Positions 16,436 through 26,103 of a stretch of 30,780 nt of DNA are shown piece by piece (within the stretch, counting starts at the first letter, position 1; every line of letters begins with the position of its first letter). Origin of the DNA: a virus; UHGV virus genome UHGV-1368348; one strand, given 5' to 3'. The notes beneath the pieces were generated by a model, which worked only from the letters and a program-made list of their open reading frames with translations, did not search any database and had not been told where the DNA came from. A program made the position numbers and the translations under genes.

Positions 16436-16447
16436 TAGGAGGATATC

Positions 16448-16873
16448 ATGGAAAAATATTTTAATACGGTTGCAATGACATTTGGTGTATTTGGAGGAGT
16501 TATTGTCAGCTATTTGGGAGGCATGGACGCTATTTTACATGCGATTTTATTTTTAGTAGTGATTGACTATATCACTGGATTAGCTAAGGCATGGAAACAA
16601 AAGAAAATTTCAAGTGAAGTAGGTTTTATTGGTTTGCTGAAGAAAATTATGATTTTTGTAGTAATTGCCGTAGCGGTAGAAATTGAAAAATTAACCAATA
16701 ACAATATTCCTTTAAGAGAAGTAGTTATTATGTTCTATATTGCTAATGAAGGAATATCTTTATTGGAAAATATATCAGAATTTGTACCGCTTCCTGATAA
16801 ATTAAAGGATTACTTTATACAAATCAGAGATAGTAACGAAAGAGGTGAAAATAATGACATTGAACGTCATTGA
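16448..16873 (+). CDS. Holin (phi-LC3 / TcdE-like holin family), 141 aa
   Basis: Three predicted TM helices (FGVFGGVIVSYLGG; ILHAILFLVVIDYITGL; IMIFVVIAVAVEI) and a charged C-terminus. Immediately upstream of and overlapping the endolysin gene. N-terminal YFNTVAMTFGVFGG...DYITGLAKAW resembles this holin family from memory. Confidence 0.75.
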   Translation: MEKYFNTVAMTFGVFGGVIVSYLGGMDAILHAILFLVVIDYITGLAKAWKQKKISSEVGFIGLLKKIMIFVVIAVAVEIEKLTNNNIPLREVVIMFYIANEGISLLENISEFVPLPDKLKDYFIQIRDSNERGENNDIERH

Positions 16874-17783
16874 TATTTCTAGTTGGCAGACAGGTATTAA
16901 TTTAGGAAAAGATGGTGTTCCTGCTGATGGGGTTGTTATTAAAGCTACAGGAGGAACTGGATATGTTAACCCTGATTGTGATCGAGCATTTCAAGAAGCA
17001 ATTAAAAGTGGTAAAAAAGTAGCGGTCTATCATTATGCACATGAAATCGGCTTTCAAGGAACAGCTGAACAAGAAGCGGAATTCTTTTTACAAAATGTAG
17101 CTGGATATATTGGAAAAGCGATTCTTATCCTAGATTGGGAAAGTGACAATAAACATGATGTAGCATGGGCAAAGCGTTGGTTAGATACTGTTTATGAAAA
17201 AACAGGAATTAAACCATTATTTTATACGTATACACACATGGTTAATAATTATGATTTTTCTAGTATTGGAAATGCTGATTATGGGTTATGGATTGCAAAT
17301 TATCTAAGTGACAAACCACAAGGATATAGTCAACCAGCACCGCCTATCAGTAATGGGTTTCCTTTAACAGTGATGTATCAATATACATCAAGTGGGAAAT
17401 TACCTGGCTGGGGTGGATACCTGGATTTAAATGTATTTTATGGAACGCTTGAAGACTGGGACTTATATGCAACAGGAAGTAAGCGTCCAGAAAAAGAAAA
17501 TGAAGAAATAAATAATAATAAAAAGGAAGTGGCAACTATGCATTGTATTTATGAACGACCAATGAGAGATGGAAAACCAAATAATGATAATGGAAACACG
17601 TGGGGGAAATATTATTGTAATGGCGTTAATTGCCGTCATATCCCATATGAAGATAACGTTAAGTTATTGAAAGAACTATACAAAAAGAACAATGGACACG
17701 AAATGCCTGTTTATACAAAAGAAGACTGGACTATCTATGCGCCGTGGTATAAACGATTAGAAGAAATGTTTCCAGTTGTCTAA
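16854..17783 (+). CDS. Endolysin: GH25 muramidase catalytic domain plus Cys/His-rich C-terminal domain, about 309 aa
   Basis: VIDISSWQ... GH25 signature start and DGV.IKATGGTGYVNPD...YHYA motifs. ATG 16854 follows AAGAGGTGA (the track's GTG 16845 is less likely). C-terminal about 90 aa (HCIYERP...CNGVNCRHIPYE) is an unrecognised putative cell-wall-binding module. Confidence 0.85.
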   Translation: MTLNVIDISSWQTGINLGKDGVPADGVVIKATGGTGYVNPDCDRAFQEAIKSGKKVAVYHYAHEIGFQGTAEQEAEFFLQNVAGYIGKAILILDWESDNKHDVAWAKRWLDTVYEKTGIKPLFYTYTHMVNNYDFSSIGNADYGLWIANYLSDKPQGYSQPAPPISNGFPLTVMYQYTSSGKLPGWGGYLDLNVFYGTLEDWDLYATGSKRPEKENEEINNNKKEVATMHCIYERPMRDGKPNNDNGNTWGKYYCNGVNCRHIPYEDNVKLLKELYKKNNGHEMPVYTKEDWTIYAPWYKRLEEMFPVV

Positions 17784-17816
17784 TTCTTGTTATTAATTAA
17801 AGGAGAGTGACGCAAA

Positions 17817-18584
17817 TTGTCTAGCTACACTATTGAATTAGGATTCTTATTAAGAGGATTTTCAGATATTAATGAAAATCCTATGATGTACGCCTCTCCT
17901 TTTTCTATTATTGAGAACTCCCGAGAGAATTTTTTTAAGGCTTTAGGAAGATATCCTTTTAAAATTTGGGGAGATGAGCGGGACCAGGCGTTTAAAGAAG
18001 AATTTGAAAGAATGTTTTTAGAATATTTTTATATGAAAGAGATAGGATTTCAAACACCAGCCGCTTTTTATTTAGAATTAGGTAATTTTCTTCGGAGAAA
18101 AATGCCGATTTATTGTAATCATTGGCGTTACCTCTTAGAAGAAATGTACGTAACTAGTACAGGTAACAGTCAAGGAACCACTACTAATGGAGATAGTAGA
18201 GTAATTGATTCTAAAGGCCATTCTGAAACGAATGGAAAAACTGAAAGTGATAGTAATACTAAAAGTGTAACAAAAGGAGCAAATACAGATTTGCCCGATA
18301 CCCAATTAGACCTTGATGTTAGCAATTTAGATTATGCATCACAGGCAAATAAAACTGAATCAACTAGTGATACAAAAACTACAGGGAAATCCAATAGTAT
18401 AACAGACAGCGAAGATCATACGATAAATAAAGGTAGTTCTTCTGGTAATTCTATTACAGATACATTTGGAAGAAATAAAGATGTGTTTGATATTTATAAA
18501 CAATGGATTGATAGTGGCTATGACTTATTTACACCACTTTTTCATGATTGTTTAAAAGAACAAATTTTTATGCCACTACTCTAG
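17817..18584 (+). CDS. Hypothetical virion-associated protein with Ser/Thr/Asn-rich central low-complexity region, 255 aa (TTG start)
   Basis: ORF track. TTG after AAAGGAGAG. The central region TSTGNSQGTTTNGDSR...SNTKSVTKGANTD is compositionally biased. Located between the lysis and head-morphogenesis genes. Confidence 0.4.
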   Translation: MSSYTIELGFLLRGFSDINENPMMYASPFSIIENSRENFFKALGRYPFKIWGDERDQAFKEEFERMFLEYFYMKEIGFQTPAAFYLELGNFLRRKMPIYCNHWRYLLEEMYVTSTGNSQGTTTNGDSRVIDSKGHSETNGKTESDSNTKSVTKGANTDLPDTQLDLDVSNLDYASQANKTESTSDTKTTGKSNSITDSEDHTINKGSSSGNSITDTFGRNKDVFDIYKQWIDSGYDLFTPLFHDCLKEQIFMPLL

Positions 18585-18596
18585 GAAGTGATTTTT

Positions 18597-18768
18597 ATGA
18601 AACGTTTGTTAATTAATGAATGGCGATTATTGTCAAAAGAAGAGCAAGAAAAATATCACTATGTTAGTGATGAAGATGGGTGCTATTTTTGCGAAACGCC
18701 ACCTGAAGAAAATCAAACAGAAGAAATAGATGATTTTGAAAAAATAATGAATAGCAAAGGGGAATAAA
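18597..18768 (+). CDS. Small ORF, 56 aa (below the ORF-track cutoff)
   Basis: ATG 18597 after GGAAGTGA. Fills an otherwise unannotated 170-bp gap. MKRLLINEWRLLSKEEQEKYHYVSDEDGCYFCETPPEENQTEEIDDFEKIMNSKGE. Confidence 0.3.
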
Positions 18769-18771
18769 GAA

Positions 18772-19017
18772 ATGGAAGACGTAGAAAAAACACCAGAAGA
18801 ATTAGCAAAAGAAGAAAAACTAGCCGAATTTTTAGGCGAAGAAGTGAAAAAGGATGTTGAAGAGGAAAATCCAACTGATCCAGTTGATCCAATCGAGGAA
18901 GAACCTACTCCAGCAGTTATCAAAAAATTAAATCCTTTTGAATTTGTCTACACACAAGAAGGAAATGTTCTGATGAGCGATGAAACGTATCAGAAAATTA
19001 TGGCTAAATTTTTTTAG
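18772..19017 (+). CDS. Acidic hypothetical protein, 81 aa
   Basis: ORF track. Glu-rich. RBS AAAGGGGAA. Confidence 0.4.
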   Translation: MEDVEKTPEELAKEEKLAEFLGEEVKKDVEEENPTDPVDPIEEEPTPAVIKKLNPFEFVYTQEGNVLMSDETYQKIMAKFF

Positions 19018-19048
19018 TAATGAAAAATGAAAATAACCTGTAGAGGAG

Positions 19049-19357
19049 GTGAGGACAATGTCTGTATACGAAGGAACAAAAGGAATGCTACAAAAATTCC
19101 AAAATAATATATTTGAAAGAGTTAATCAATTACTAAAAGACAGAGATGGAAAAATTGAAAAAAACGCCTCCGATATCCTTTCTAATGCAAAACAAGCCAG
19201 CCAAGACTTAGATAAGCTAAAGAAAGAAACAGAGGCACAAATCAAACAACTATCAGATCAAGTGACAGCTGCTACTGATAATACTAATGAATTAAAAAAA
19301 CAATTGCAAGAAGCAATTAAACGTATAGAAGTTTTAGAAGGAAAAACAACATCTTAA
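19049..19357 (+). CDS. Coiled-coil protein, 102 aa (scaffolding/assembly candidate)
   Basis: Predicted all-helical heptad-rich sequence (DLDKLKKETEAQIKQLSDQVTAATDNTNELKKQLQEAIKRIEVLEG). RBS GGAGGTGAGG. Confidence 0.4.
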   Translation: MRTMSVYEGTKGMLQKFQNNIFERVNQLLKDRDGKIEKNASDILSNAKQASQDLDKLKKETEAQIKQLSDQVTAATDNTNELKKQLQEAIKRIEVLEGKTTS

Positions 19358-19378
19358 AAAAAGAATGGAGAATGAATC

Positions 19379-19678
19379 ATGGAAGAAACAAAAGAATTAA
19401 TCGAAGAAGCAGTGGAAGAACAAAAACAAGATGCAACAAATACAACGTATGCAGAAGATGATGGTCAAGAAGAAGTAGTTGAACCAGCTGAAACTAACGA
19501 ACCAGAATCTTTTGAACAGACTGAAGGCGACGTTGTTCCAGTAGAAGAACCAAAAGAAGAATGGCAAGAAGATGCTAATCAAAATCAACAAGAAATTGAA
19601 TCAGATATTCCAGAAGAAGTTGGAACAGGAGCTTTTTCTAAAGCACGTAATGCGTGGGCTAATGGCTGGGGGGCTTAA
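19379..19678 (+). CDS. Highly acidic protein, 99 aa
   Basis: About 35% Glu/Asp. ORF track. Confidence 0.4.
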   Translation: MEETKELIEEAVEEQKQDATNTTYAEDDGQEEVVEPAETNEPESFEQTEGDVVPVEEPKEEWQEDANQNQQEIESDIPEEVGTGAFSKARNAWANGWGA

Positions 19679-19680
19679 TC

Positions 19681-20004
19681 ATGAATTTAGATACTACCCA
19701 ACAAAAAGTTGCGGTACTTGAAGCGCTAGATAATATGTCGGTGTTTCTATCAAACAATAAAGAACATATGGAGCCTTCACAGTTAGCGCAGTTAATTATT
19801 GATCAAGAAGAACTAACAGAAAAAACACGTGTCCTTTTCCTAGAAGAAAAGAATTTAGATTCTGTACTAGAGAAACTAACGAATGAGGTTAATAACCAAG
19901 AAGAATTGATTAATAAACAAAAACGTTTGTTAGAAGCTACAGAAGCTGAACTGGAAGAAAGAACACCTGACGACGAATATAAAGGAGTGATTGCTAATGT
20001 TTAA
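19681..20004 (+). CDS. Coiled-coil protein, 107 aa (scaffolding candidate)
   Basis: Helical, heptad-like. Directly precedes the capsid gene region, like phi29 gp7. Confidence 0.4.
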   Translation: MNLDTTQQKVAVLEALDNMSVFLSNNKEHMEPSQLAQLIIDQEELTEKTRVLFLEEKNLDSVLEKLTNEVNNQEELINKQKRLLEATEAELEERTPDDEYKGVIANV

Positions 20005-20377
20005 GGCAGAACTACCTAAATTTTTTACCGTCGAATCAACTGATCAATATTTTGTTGACGATGTAAACAAATTATTTGGATATAAAACCCATGAATCTTT
20101 TGAAGGCGAAAGTTTGAAAGAATTTATGGACGTATCCAATACATTGGAAGATCGTCTATTAGAATTCAATAACATCATCAACCAAAAATTGTCTCATTAC
20201 AATGATTTAAAAAAATCCTTTGAAAAGAATAATGAGCAATTACGAGCATTAAATGATCAAATTTGTGTGGCCAAAGTAGAAAAGAAAACTTTTGGGCATA
20301 AAACATTAGCTGAAACATATGGAGAAGGCGAAATTAAACCAGACCTTGTCGATCTAATTAAAAAAGAAGAGGAGTAG
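19991..20377 (+). CDS. Helical protein immediately upstream of the major capsid gene, 128 aa (head scaffolding candidate)
   Basis: Its position is equivalent to phi29 gene 7. Helical/coiled-coil composition. Overlaps the previous ORF. Confidence 0.4.
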   Translation: MLMFKAELPKFFTVESTDQYFVDDVNKLFGYKTHESFEGESLKEFMDVSNTLEDRLLEFNNIINQKLSHYNDLKKSFEKNNEQLRALNDQICVAKVEKKTFGHKTLAETYGEGEIKPDLVDLIKKEEE

Positions 20378-20383
20378 AAAATT

Positions 20384-21793
20384 ATGAATGGATTTAAAAA
20401 CTTAGGTGTTACCGCACCAGAATTTGTTAACACAGTTAGAGAAGTATTACCAGAACCTTATCGTAGCAATTTGCCTATTGCTAAAGCAGGACAGAAAGAT
20501 TTTTCAGCTATTGGGGATGTTCTTGCTGAAGATGATCACTTTGCAAGTTTATGGCATAAAAATGCCATTAAAATGGTAATGAAAATCTTGCAACGAGACA
20601 ATAAAATTGTTAATCCTTTATCCGAATTTGAAGGGGAATTAATTACATCAGGTGAATACATTGAGGATATGATTTTAGATATTGCTGAAACATTCCAGTT
20701 TGACCCTTCAGCAGCTGAAAAACGATTGTTTGAACGCCGACCACCCGAATTGAAAGCAGTAATTCATAATCATAAGCGTGATGTTTCAAATGTACGTACG
20801 ATTCAAGACACGTTAATTACGGATATTTTCCAAAGTGAAGCAGGTTTAGATCGTTATGTTATTCAAGTAACACAATCAATGCTTTCAGGTAATGAACAAG
20901 AAAAATACTATGAAACAAAAGCTTTGATTTCAACTGCTATTCGTAAGGGCTTAATGCGTGTCATCGACTTAGGGAATAAAGTGACATCAAAAGACTTACA
21001 AAAAGCGATTTTACGGCATTCAAAACGAATGGTTCACCCTGGACGATTCTATAATATGGGAAATGTAGGACAACCTAATAATATGGGACGTACTGGAATC
21101 AGTATCCAGGCAGATCGCCAAGAATTACGTATGCTATTACCTGTTGATACATCTGTTGATTTGAATGTTGACTTCTTTGCTAGTGCGTTCCAGTTAGATG
21201 CAGTACAAAGTGGATTAGCTATTAAAGAAGTAGATGCTTTCCCAAGTATTTATGAATATACAAAAGATCACACGATTACAGATATTGATATGGCAAGTGG
21301 TTTCTTCAATGACTTTAACTATAAAGTCGGTGATGTTGTTCCAAAAGGAGCACAAGCAAAACCAGAAGCGTATGAATATGCGAAAGAAAACGGATTAGAT
21401 GATATTGAACTAGTCTTTGACGCTTCACGTATTCAAGCGGTTATCTTAGACCGTCGCGCATTAGTGATCAATCCAATGTTAGAAACAACATTAGCATCAC
21501 AACCAAACTCATTAGGACGTTATGTTCAAATTATTTTACAGGATAAAGAACTATTTTCTTATAGTCCATTTATGCCTGCTTGTGTGATCATGTCTGATGC
21601 TCCAGATGATTGCAATTCGCAGTGTGAAAAAAAAGTCAAAGATGTAACTGTTGATGGTAAAAGCGTAGTTGGTGAAAATGGGGTGGCTGATATTCCATAC
21701 ACTGAAGACGTGACAAAAGCAACTGATGAAGTTGTAAAAAATGAAGAAAAAGAAGCCGATACAAAACCAGACGAAAAGAAAAACAGTAAGTAA
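20384..21793 (+). CDS. Major capsid protein, phi29 gp8-like, 469 aa
   Basis: The segment AAEKRLFERRPPELKAVIHNHKRDVSNVRTIQD aligns with my recollection of phi29 gp8 ([23 protein letters not shown]...TIQD). Size (469 vs 448 aa) and position before the connector gene agree. Acidic C-terminal extension. RBS GAGGAG. Confidence 0.75.
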   Translation: MNGFKNLGVTAPEFVNTVREVLPEPYRSNLPIAKAGQKDFSAIGDVLAEDDHFASLWHKNAIKMVMKILQRDNKIVNPLSEFEGELITSGEYIEDMILDIAETFQFDPSAAEKRLFERRPPELKAVIHNHKRDVSNVRTIQDTLITDIFQSEAGLDRYVIQVTQSMLSGNEQEKYYETKALISTAIRKGLMRVIDLGNKVTSKDLQKAILRHSKRMVHPGRFYNMGNVGQPNNMGRTGISIQADRQELRMLLPVDTSVDLNVDFFASAFQLDAVQSGLAIKEVDAFPSIYEYTKDHTITDIDMASGFFNDFNYKVGDVVPKGAQAKPEAYEYAKENGLDDIELVFDASRIQAVILDRRALVINPMLETTLASQPNSLGRYVQIILQDKELFSYSPFMPACVIMSDAPDDCNSQCEKKVKDVTVDGKSVVGENGVADIPYTEDVTKATDEVVKNEEKEADTKPDEKKNSK

Positions 21794-21813
21794 AACGGCT
21801 GAAAAAATATAGA

Positions 21814-21852
21814 AAAAAGGCCGCTAAATTTAAATTAGCGGCCTTTTATTTT
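21814..21852 (+). terminator. Rho-independent terminator after the capsid gene
   Basis: Stem aaaaggccgctaa / ttagcggcctttt followed by a T-run. Confidence 0.8.
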
Positions 21853-21864
21853 AGGAGAGATATT

Positions 21865-22866
21865 ATGGAAAACCAGTTATTTGAAGATACATGGGGATAC
21901 CAAACAGGTTTAGCCTCTTCATACAACAACGTGATAGGAAATAGAAGAGACCTGTTACAAGGGATCGAAACTAGTTCTACAACTACTGGAGATAATCTGG
22001 GGAATAATTATGTACAATTCGAAGCGATACAAACATTTATACTAATTAGACAAATTAAAGATATGCTGATCAATTTATTTAAGTATGAAAATATGCCGCC
22101 TACGTTAAATACAGCTCAATTAGAAACTATGCTCCGTCAAATGGGTGGAGGGGTTTGTGTAGGTAAAGACGAATTAGGAGACCTAGTGATTTTAGGAAGA
22201 GCAGACGAATTAGGGTATAACCTATATGGGAATGTTATCCCTAGTCTTTTTGACGGTAATAATAATTTTTTACAAAGTAAAAAGGTTATTACTAACAGAA
22301 ATTTAAAAGGCGATTATGTCGTTTTTTATAACAAGCAAAGCTTTAATGATTTTTATGCTACTGATTATGATATCGTCGAACACTATGCGAAACAATTAGC
22401 AACTATTAAAGCAACAGAAAGAATGAATATTATGCAAATGCGTAGTCCATATATTTTGAAAGGTAAAAAAAACGGCCAAGTCGGACAAGTATTACAAAGT
22501 AAAATTCAAAAAGGTGACTTGTTTTTAGAGGTAGAAGAGGGTTCAGATATTACAGATAAAATTGAAAAACTAGATTTAAATGTAACAGATAGGACACCGT
22601 CACTACAAAATGCCTATCGGAATACATTTAATGAAATGCTGACGTTATTTGGTATCTATAATAACCCAGAACAAAAGAAGGAACGAATGATCGATAGAGA
22701 AGCAAGTTCAAACAATCATGTTATTGAAGGAATGGGGGACATTTACTTTAATGCTCGTCAACATGCGGTTGATTTATTGAACCTCGCTTTTGGTACAGAT
22801 ATCAAAGTTCAGTGGAATAGCACAGTAGCATCAATGTTTAGAGATTTAGGACAAAAACAAGGATAG
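21865..22866 (+). CDS. Head-tail connector / portal protein, phi29 gp10-like, 333 aa
   Basis: LFKYENMPPTLNTAQLETMLRQMG (phi29 gp10: [24 protein letters not shown]) and FNEMLTLFGIYNNPEQKKERMIDREASSNNHVIEGMG (phi29: [37 protein letters not shown]), both from memory. RBS AGGAGAG. Confidence 0.85.
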   Translation: MENQLFEDTWGYQTGLASSYNNVIGNRRDLLQGIETSSTTTGDNLGNNYVQFEAIQTFILIRQIKDMLINLFKYENMPPTLNTAQLETMLRQMGGGVCVGKDELGDLVILGRADELGYNLYGNVIPSLFDGNNNFLQSKKVITNRNLKGDYVVFYNKQSFNDFYATDYDIVEHYAKQLATIKATERMNIMQMRSPYILKGKKNGQVGQVLQSKIQKGDLFLEVEEGSDITDKIEKLDLNVTDRTPSLQNAYRNTFNEMLTLFGIYNNPEQKKERMIDREASSNNHVIEGMGDIYFNARQHAVDLLNLAFGTDIKVQWNSTVASMFRDLGQKQG

Positions 22867-22878
22867 GGGAGCAAAATT

Positions 22879-25353
22879 ATGTCAATTTCAGAAGAAAATA
22901 AAAAAAAAATAAGTGAACTATCAGGCGCACAAAGCCCAACACCGCAAACACAAAAGCAATTGCACAGTTTACTTCACCGATTTAATTATCATTTTCCCCA
23001 ACTAAATTGGTGGGGAAATACACCAATTGAACCTACAGGGGCTGGCTTAACTTATGCTGAATCAATTACTTGGATTCAAAATATGATTCACCATTTATCA
23101 GATTGGGCTGGTGGAATGAATGAAGAACTACAAAAATTACAAAAAGATTTAGCTGATTTAAACATTATTATTCAATTTGAATTAGCAAGTCAATTACCTG
23201 AAGTTATTCAAGAATATGATTTATTTGATTTGATTGTAACAGGTAATAATGAACGAGTTTCCTTGGTAACAACACAATCAAGCACAACTAAAAAAGAAGA
23301 GTCTGTATTTTGTTACGCTTTTCGGACAGAATATGGATTTATTGAAGCAACCAAAACAAAACAAACTAGTTCAGAAGCAGGTTGTGAAGGGAATCTTACA
23401 ACATGGACAATTAATGTATCTGAACGAGATGGCGGAAATATATTAAATTATGAATTTGGAGTAACAAATATTCCTAGCAAAGTAAATCGTGTATGGATTA
23501 TTAACCGATCAGGAAACAAAATGGATGGGGACAAAGAAGTCTTTTATATTTTTGAAGGCGAAATTAAACGAGCACGATTTAATAAAAATACAATTTCAAG
23601 AGGTAAACAAGGAACACTGAATTTTGAAAAATTAAATATTAATTATGATGCATACTGGATTGTCAACGTATTTAAACGAGTGCCTACAAAGCGTAATTTG
23701 TTACATTATATGACACTGGATTATAAAGTTTATGAATATGACTTAGAAACAGGAAACGAAAAGCTATTGTACCAAATTCCTGTAGCAAATCAAGATATTT
23801 TTGATCCAATTAATGATGTCATTGAAGGGAAAAGTACCATTTGGGCAGTTACGTATAAAGGCGTAGAAACAAGAGAGCCTGATGTAATGAAAGGCCTTTG
23901 CTTTGAACCTTGTTTTGATGGGGTGGAAATGTATGATACATGGGAAACACCAAAAGAAATTAAGTTTACTCATGAGAATATTTTGGGAATTACGCCTGCA
24001 AATATGTATCAAGACTATATCAATCAAGAAGAGTTAGAAGGAGACAAGTCATTGTTGAGTTGCTTTATTCTATCTTCAAAAATGAAAGAAACACCTTATA
24101 CATTAAGTGTTTATGAATTAAATCCTCGAAAATTTGATAATAGTATTATCTCTAAAAATTTAGATAAATATTTCAAAGATGTAGTGCTAAAAGATTTATA
24201 TAACAATGAATCACTGATTGAATATCAAGGATATTTTTCATATAACGTTACGGACCGTATTAAAAATTTTATTGATGCACCAGCTTTACTATTAGAAGAT
24301 ACGGAGTTTTCAAAAGCGGGTGTACAAATTGTTTTAGAAAACTCTGAATTTATACCAGAAGGCAACCTAAGAACGTTCTGGCAACGTTTGAAGGTATTAA
24401 GCTTAATGGAAAATAAAAAGCCGTACATGCGCATTTTTGAGCGTGTGGTGCAACAAATGATTACGACAAATGGGATGATTCGTAATAAGGCAGGACGTTG
24501 GCAAGAACAGTCTATACCAACAACGAGTGAAAAATTAAATCCTTCAGTTGCTGGCAAGTTCGACTATCTTTCTTTAGCAGGTACAAAGAAAACTTATAAT
24601 GCTAAGGATTTCGAGGAAACATTCTCAGATACACCTCTAAAAACCTATAAATATTATGGATTACCATTAGATAAAAATCATCCGTTGCTTAAAAAGTTGG
24701 AAGAAAAAAATACAATTATTTCGGTAACCAAAGGGACGGTTAATGAAAAAACAGCAAATCAATATGAGACAGTAATTAAATTAACTATCCAAGATGAATA
24801 TGCAGAAATCCAATTTAGAAGATTAATGCGTTTTGATTATAAAGATTTTGATTCCAAAGTAGGAGGTCGCTCAAAAGCAACATATATTAGTCCGTGGGCA
24901 TATGTCTACTACACTGTAAGAGACGATTCGGCACCTGATGATTATGAGAAAAATCCGAATCAAGGGATTGATCAAAAGTTTTTGGATATCATTAACAAGA
25001 TTTATGAAACGATTAATAACTTGGATAAAAAATATGAAGAGATTACCAATAATCTTAATAAAAAAATCGATAATATTGATAAGAAATATGAAAATATTAC
25101 AAATCAATTGAAACAAGACATCCAAAATATTAATAACCAATTGAAACAAAATAATGTAGCAATGGAAAAAGTTTTAAATAACTTGAAAAACATGTCTGGT
25201 ATTTGGGTTCAAACAGGTGATACGGTCCTTGAAGGTGACTTTAAGAAAGATACTGGGATTGCTGGAGGAAATATTAGTGCCTTTGGTCAAGATGAAAGTC
25301 ATTATATCCGTACAGGTAAGAATCGAGATAACGACTTGATGGGCGGTGTTTAG
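22879..25353 (+). CDS. Large virion structural protein, 824 aa (lower-collar/tail or appendage candidate) with C-terminal coiled coil
   Basis: Its position between the connector and tail-knob genes and its size are comparable to phi29 gp11/gp12. The C-terminal heptad repeat is INKIYETINNLDKKYEEITNNLNKKIDNIDKKYENITNQLKQDIQNINNQLKQ. No catalytic motif is recognised. Confidence 0.5.
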   Translation: MSISEENKKKISELSGAQSPTPQTQKQLHSLLHRFNYHFPQLNWWGNTPIEPTGAGLTYAESITWIQNMIHHLSDWAGGMNEELQKLQKDLADLNIIIQFELASQLPEVIQEYDLFDLIVTGNNERVSLVTTQSSTTKKEESVFCYAFRTEYGFIEATKTKQTSSEAGCEGNLTTWTINVSERDGGNILNYEFGVTNIPSKVNRVWIINRSGNKMDGDKEVFYIFEGEIKRARFNKNTISRGKQGTLNFEKLNINYDAYWIVNVFKRVPTKRNLLHYMTLDYKVYEYDLETGNEKLLYQIPVANQDIFDPINDVIEGKSTIWAVTYKGVETREPDVMKGLCFEPCFDGVEMYDTWETPKEIKFTHENILGITPANMYQDYINQEELEGDKSLLSCFILSSKMKETPYTLSVYELNPRKFDNSIISKNLDKYFKDVVLKDLYNNESLIEYQGYFSYNVTDRIKNFIDAPALLLEDTEFSKAGVQIVLENSEFIPEGNLRTFWQRLKVLSLMENKKPYMRIFERVVQQMITTNGMIRNKAGRWQEQSIPTTSEKLNPSVAGKFDYLSLAGTKKTYNAKDFEETFSDTPLKTYKYYGLPLDKNHPLLKKLEEKNTIISVTKGTVNEKTANQYETVIKLTIQDEYAEIQFRRLMRFDYKDFDSKVGGRSKATYISPWAYVYYTVRDDSAPDDYEKNPNQGIDQKFLDIINKIYETINNLDKKYEEITNNLNKKIDNIDKKYENITNQLKQDIQNINNQLKQNNVAMEKVLNNLKNMSGIWVQTGDTVLEGDFKKDTGIAGGNISAFGQDESHYIRTGKNRDNDLMGGV

Positions 25354-25355
25354 AA

Positions 25356-26090
25356 ATGGCATGGCAAAATGTTTATGGTAGTTGGAAACACGATCCAGGA
25401 GTAAAAGGGGACGTTATTATGGCAGGAGGGCCAGGTTGGAATAAATTTCCAGGACGCCCTCCTGGTTCTCCTGCTCCATATGGAAAAGGAGTAAGTGTTG
25501 TAACAGTAAAAAAAGACACATATCGATTTAAATTATCTCTAGTTGCATATGCAATTTCAGTGACGACAGGAGAGTATTTTGTTAGTTCTTATCAAGGTGG
25601 TCCCAATGCGGATTATCAATGGATAATAAAAGCTGCAATTAGTTACGATCAAACAACTGATCCTGCAAAAGCAAAATATCAAAATTTATTTCAAGAGAAT
25701 TTCAAAACAATGTATCACGGCGGAGAACCATTGTATGGCAATACTAATTGGCATACAAAAGCGTATGAAAAAGAAACATCTAATACATTTACTGCAACAA
25801 GTAAAGATGTATGGATTCGTATTGAGATTTATGGAGAACCAGCGGTCACACCATTATATGCATACTTTAAGCTGGCATCAGCATTTGAAGAGTTTAGACC
25901 GTGGGCGATTCGAAAAAATAATCAATGGAATAGTTTAGATAAAGAAACAGGATTCTTCAAAAAACGAAAAAATAGTAAGTGGGAAGATATTCCTAAAATG
26001 TCTTATGAAGATGCAGGAAAAGATAATAAAGGAACGTCACGTATTAGAAAAGATGGAGTATGGAAAGGTCAAGGCAAAATTGGAAATTAA
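25356..26090 (+). CDS. Hypothetical structural protein, 244 aa
   Basis: ORF track. Gly/Pro-rich N-terminus. Lies between the 824-aa gene and the tail-knob gene. Confidence 0.4.
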   Translation: MAWQNVYGSWKHDPGVKGDVIMAGGPGWNKFPGRPPGSPAPYGKGVSVVTVKKDTYRFKLSLVAYAISVTTGEYFVSSYQGGPNADYQWIIKAAISYDQTTDPAKAKYQNLFQENFKTMYHGGEPLYGNTNWHTKAYEKETSNTFTATSKDVWIRIEIYGEPAVTPLYAYFKLASAFEEFRPWAIRKNNQWNSLDKETGFFKKRKNSKWEDIPKMSYEDAGKDNKGTSRIRKDGVWKGQGKIGN

Positions 26091-26103
26091 GGAAGTGAAC
26101 TTA

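Noticed and set aside
18633-18923. Minus-strand 96-aa ORF opposite genes 18597-19017, and other short antisense ORFs (797..1117, 1946..2137, 3819..4097, 5591..5824, 7576..7779, 10935..11123, 11177..11407, 11457..11753, 12499..12696, 14674..14910, 15367..15742, 17347..17535, 19397..19591, 25735..25938, 27374..27571, 28941..29186, 29283..29471, 29954..30151)
   Set aside because: They overlap better-supported genes on the opposite strand or in other frames, and have low-complexity, hydrophobic, Phe/Leu/Ile-rich translations typical of antisense AT-rich DNA.
23764-25362. Antisense ORFs within the 824-aa tail gene (23764..24027, 24225..24557, 24871..25149, 25174..25362, all minus)
   Set aside because: They are embedded opposite a long, well-supported CDS in an AT-rich genome where stop-free antisense stretches arise by chance. 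No RBS, no motif.
26005-26103. Track start at 26005 for the tail-knob gene (633 aa)
   Set aside because: It overlaps the preceding gene by 86 nt in another frame and lacks an RBS. ATG 26104 has AAGGAAGTGA upstream, follows the previous stop, and gives 600 aa, matching phi29 gp9.
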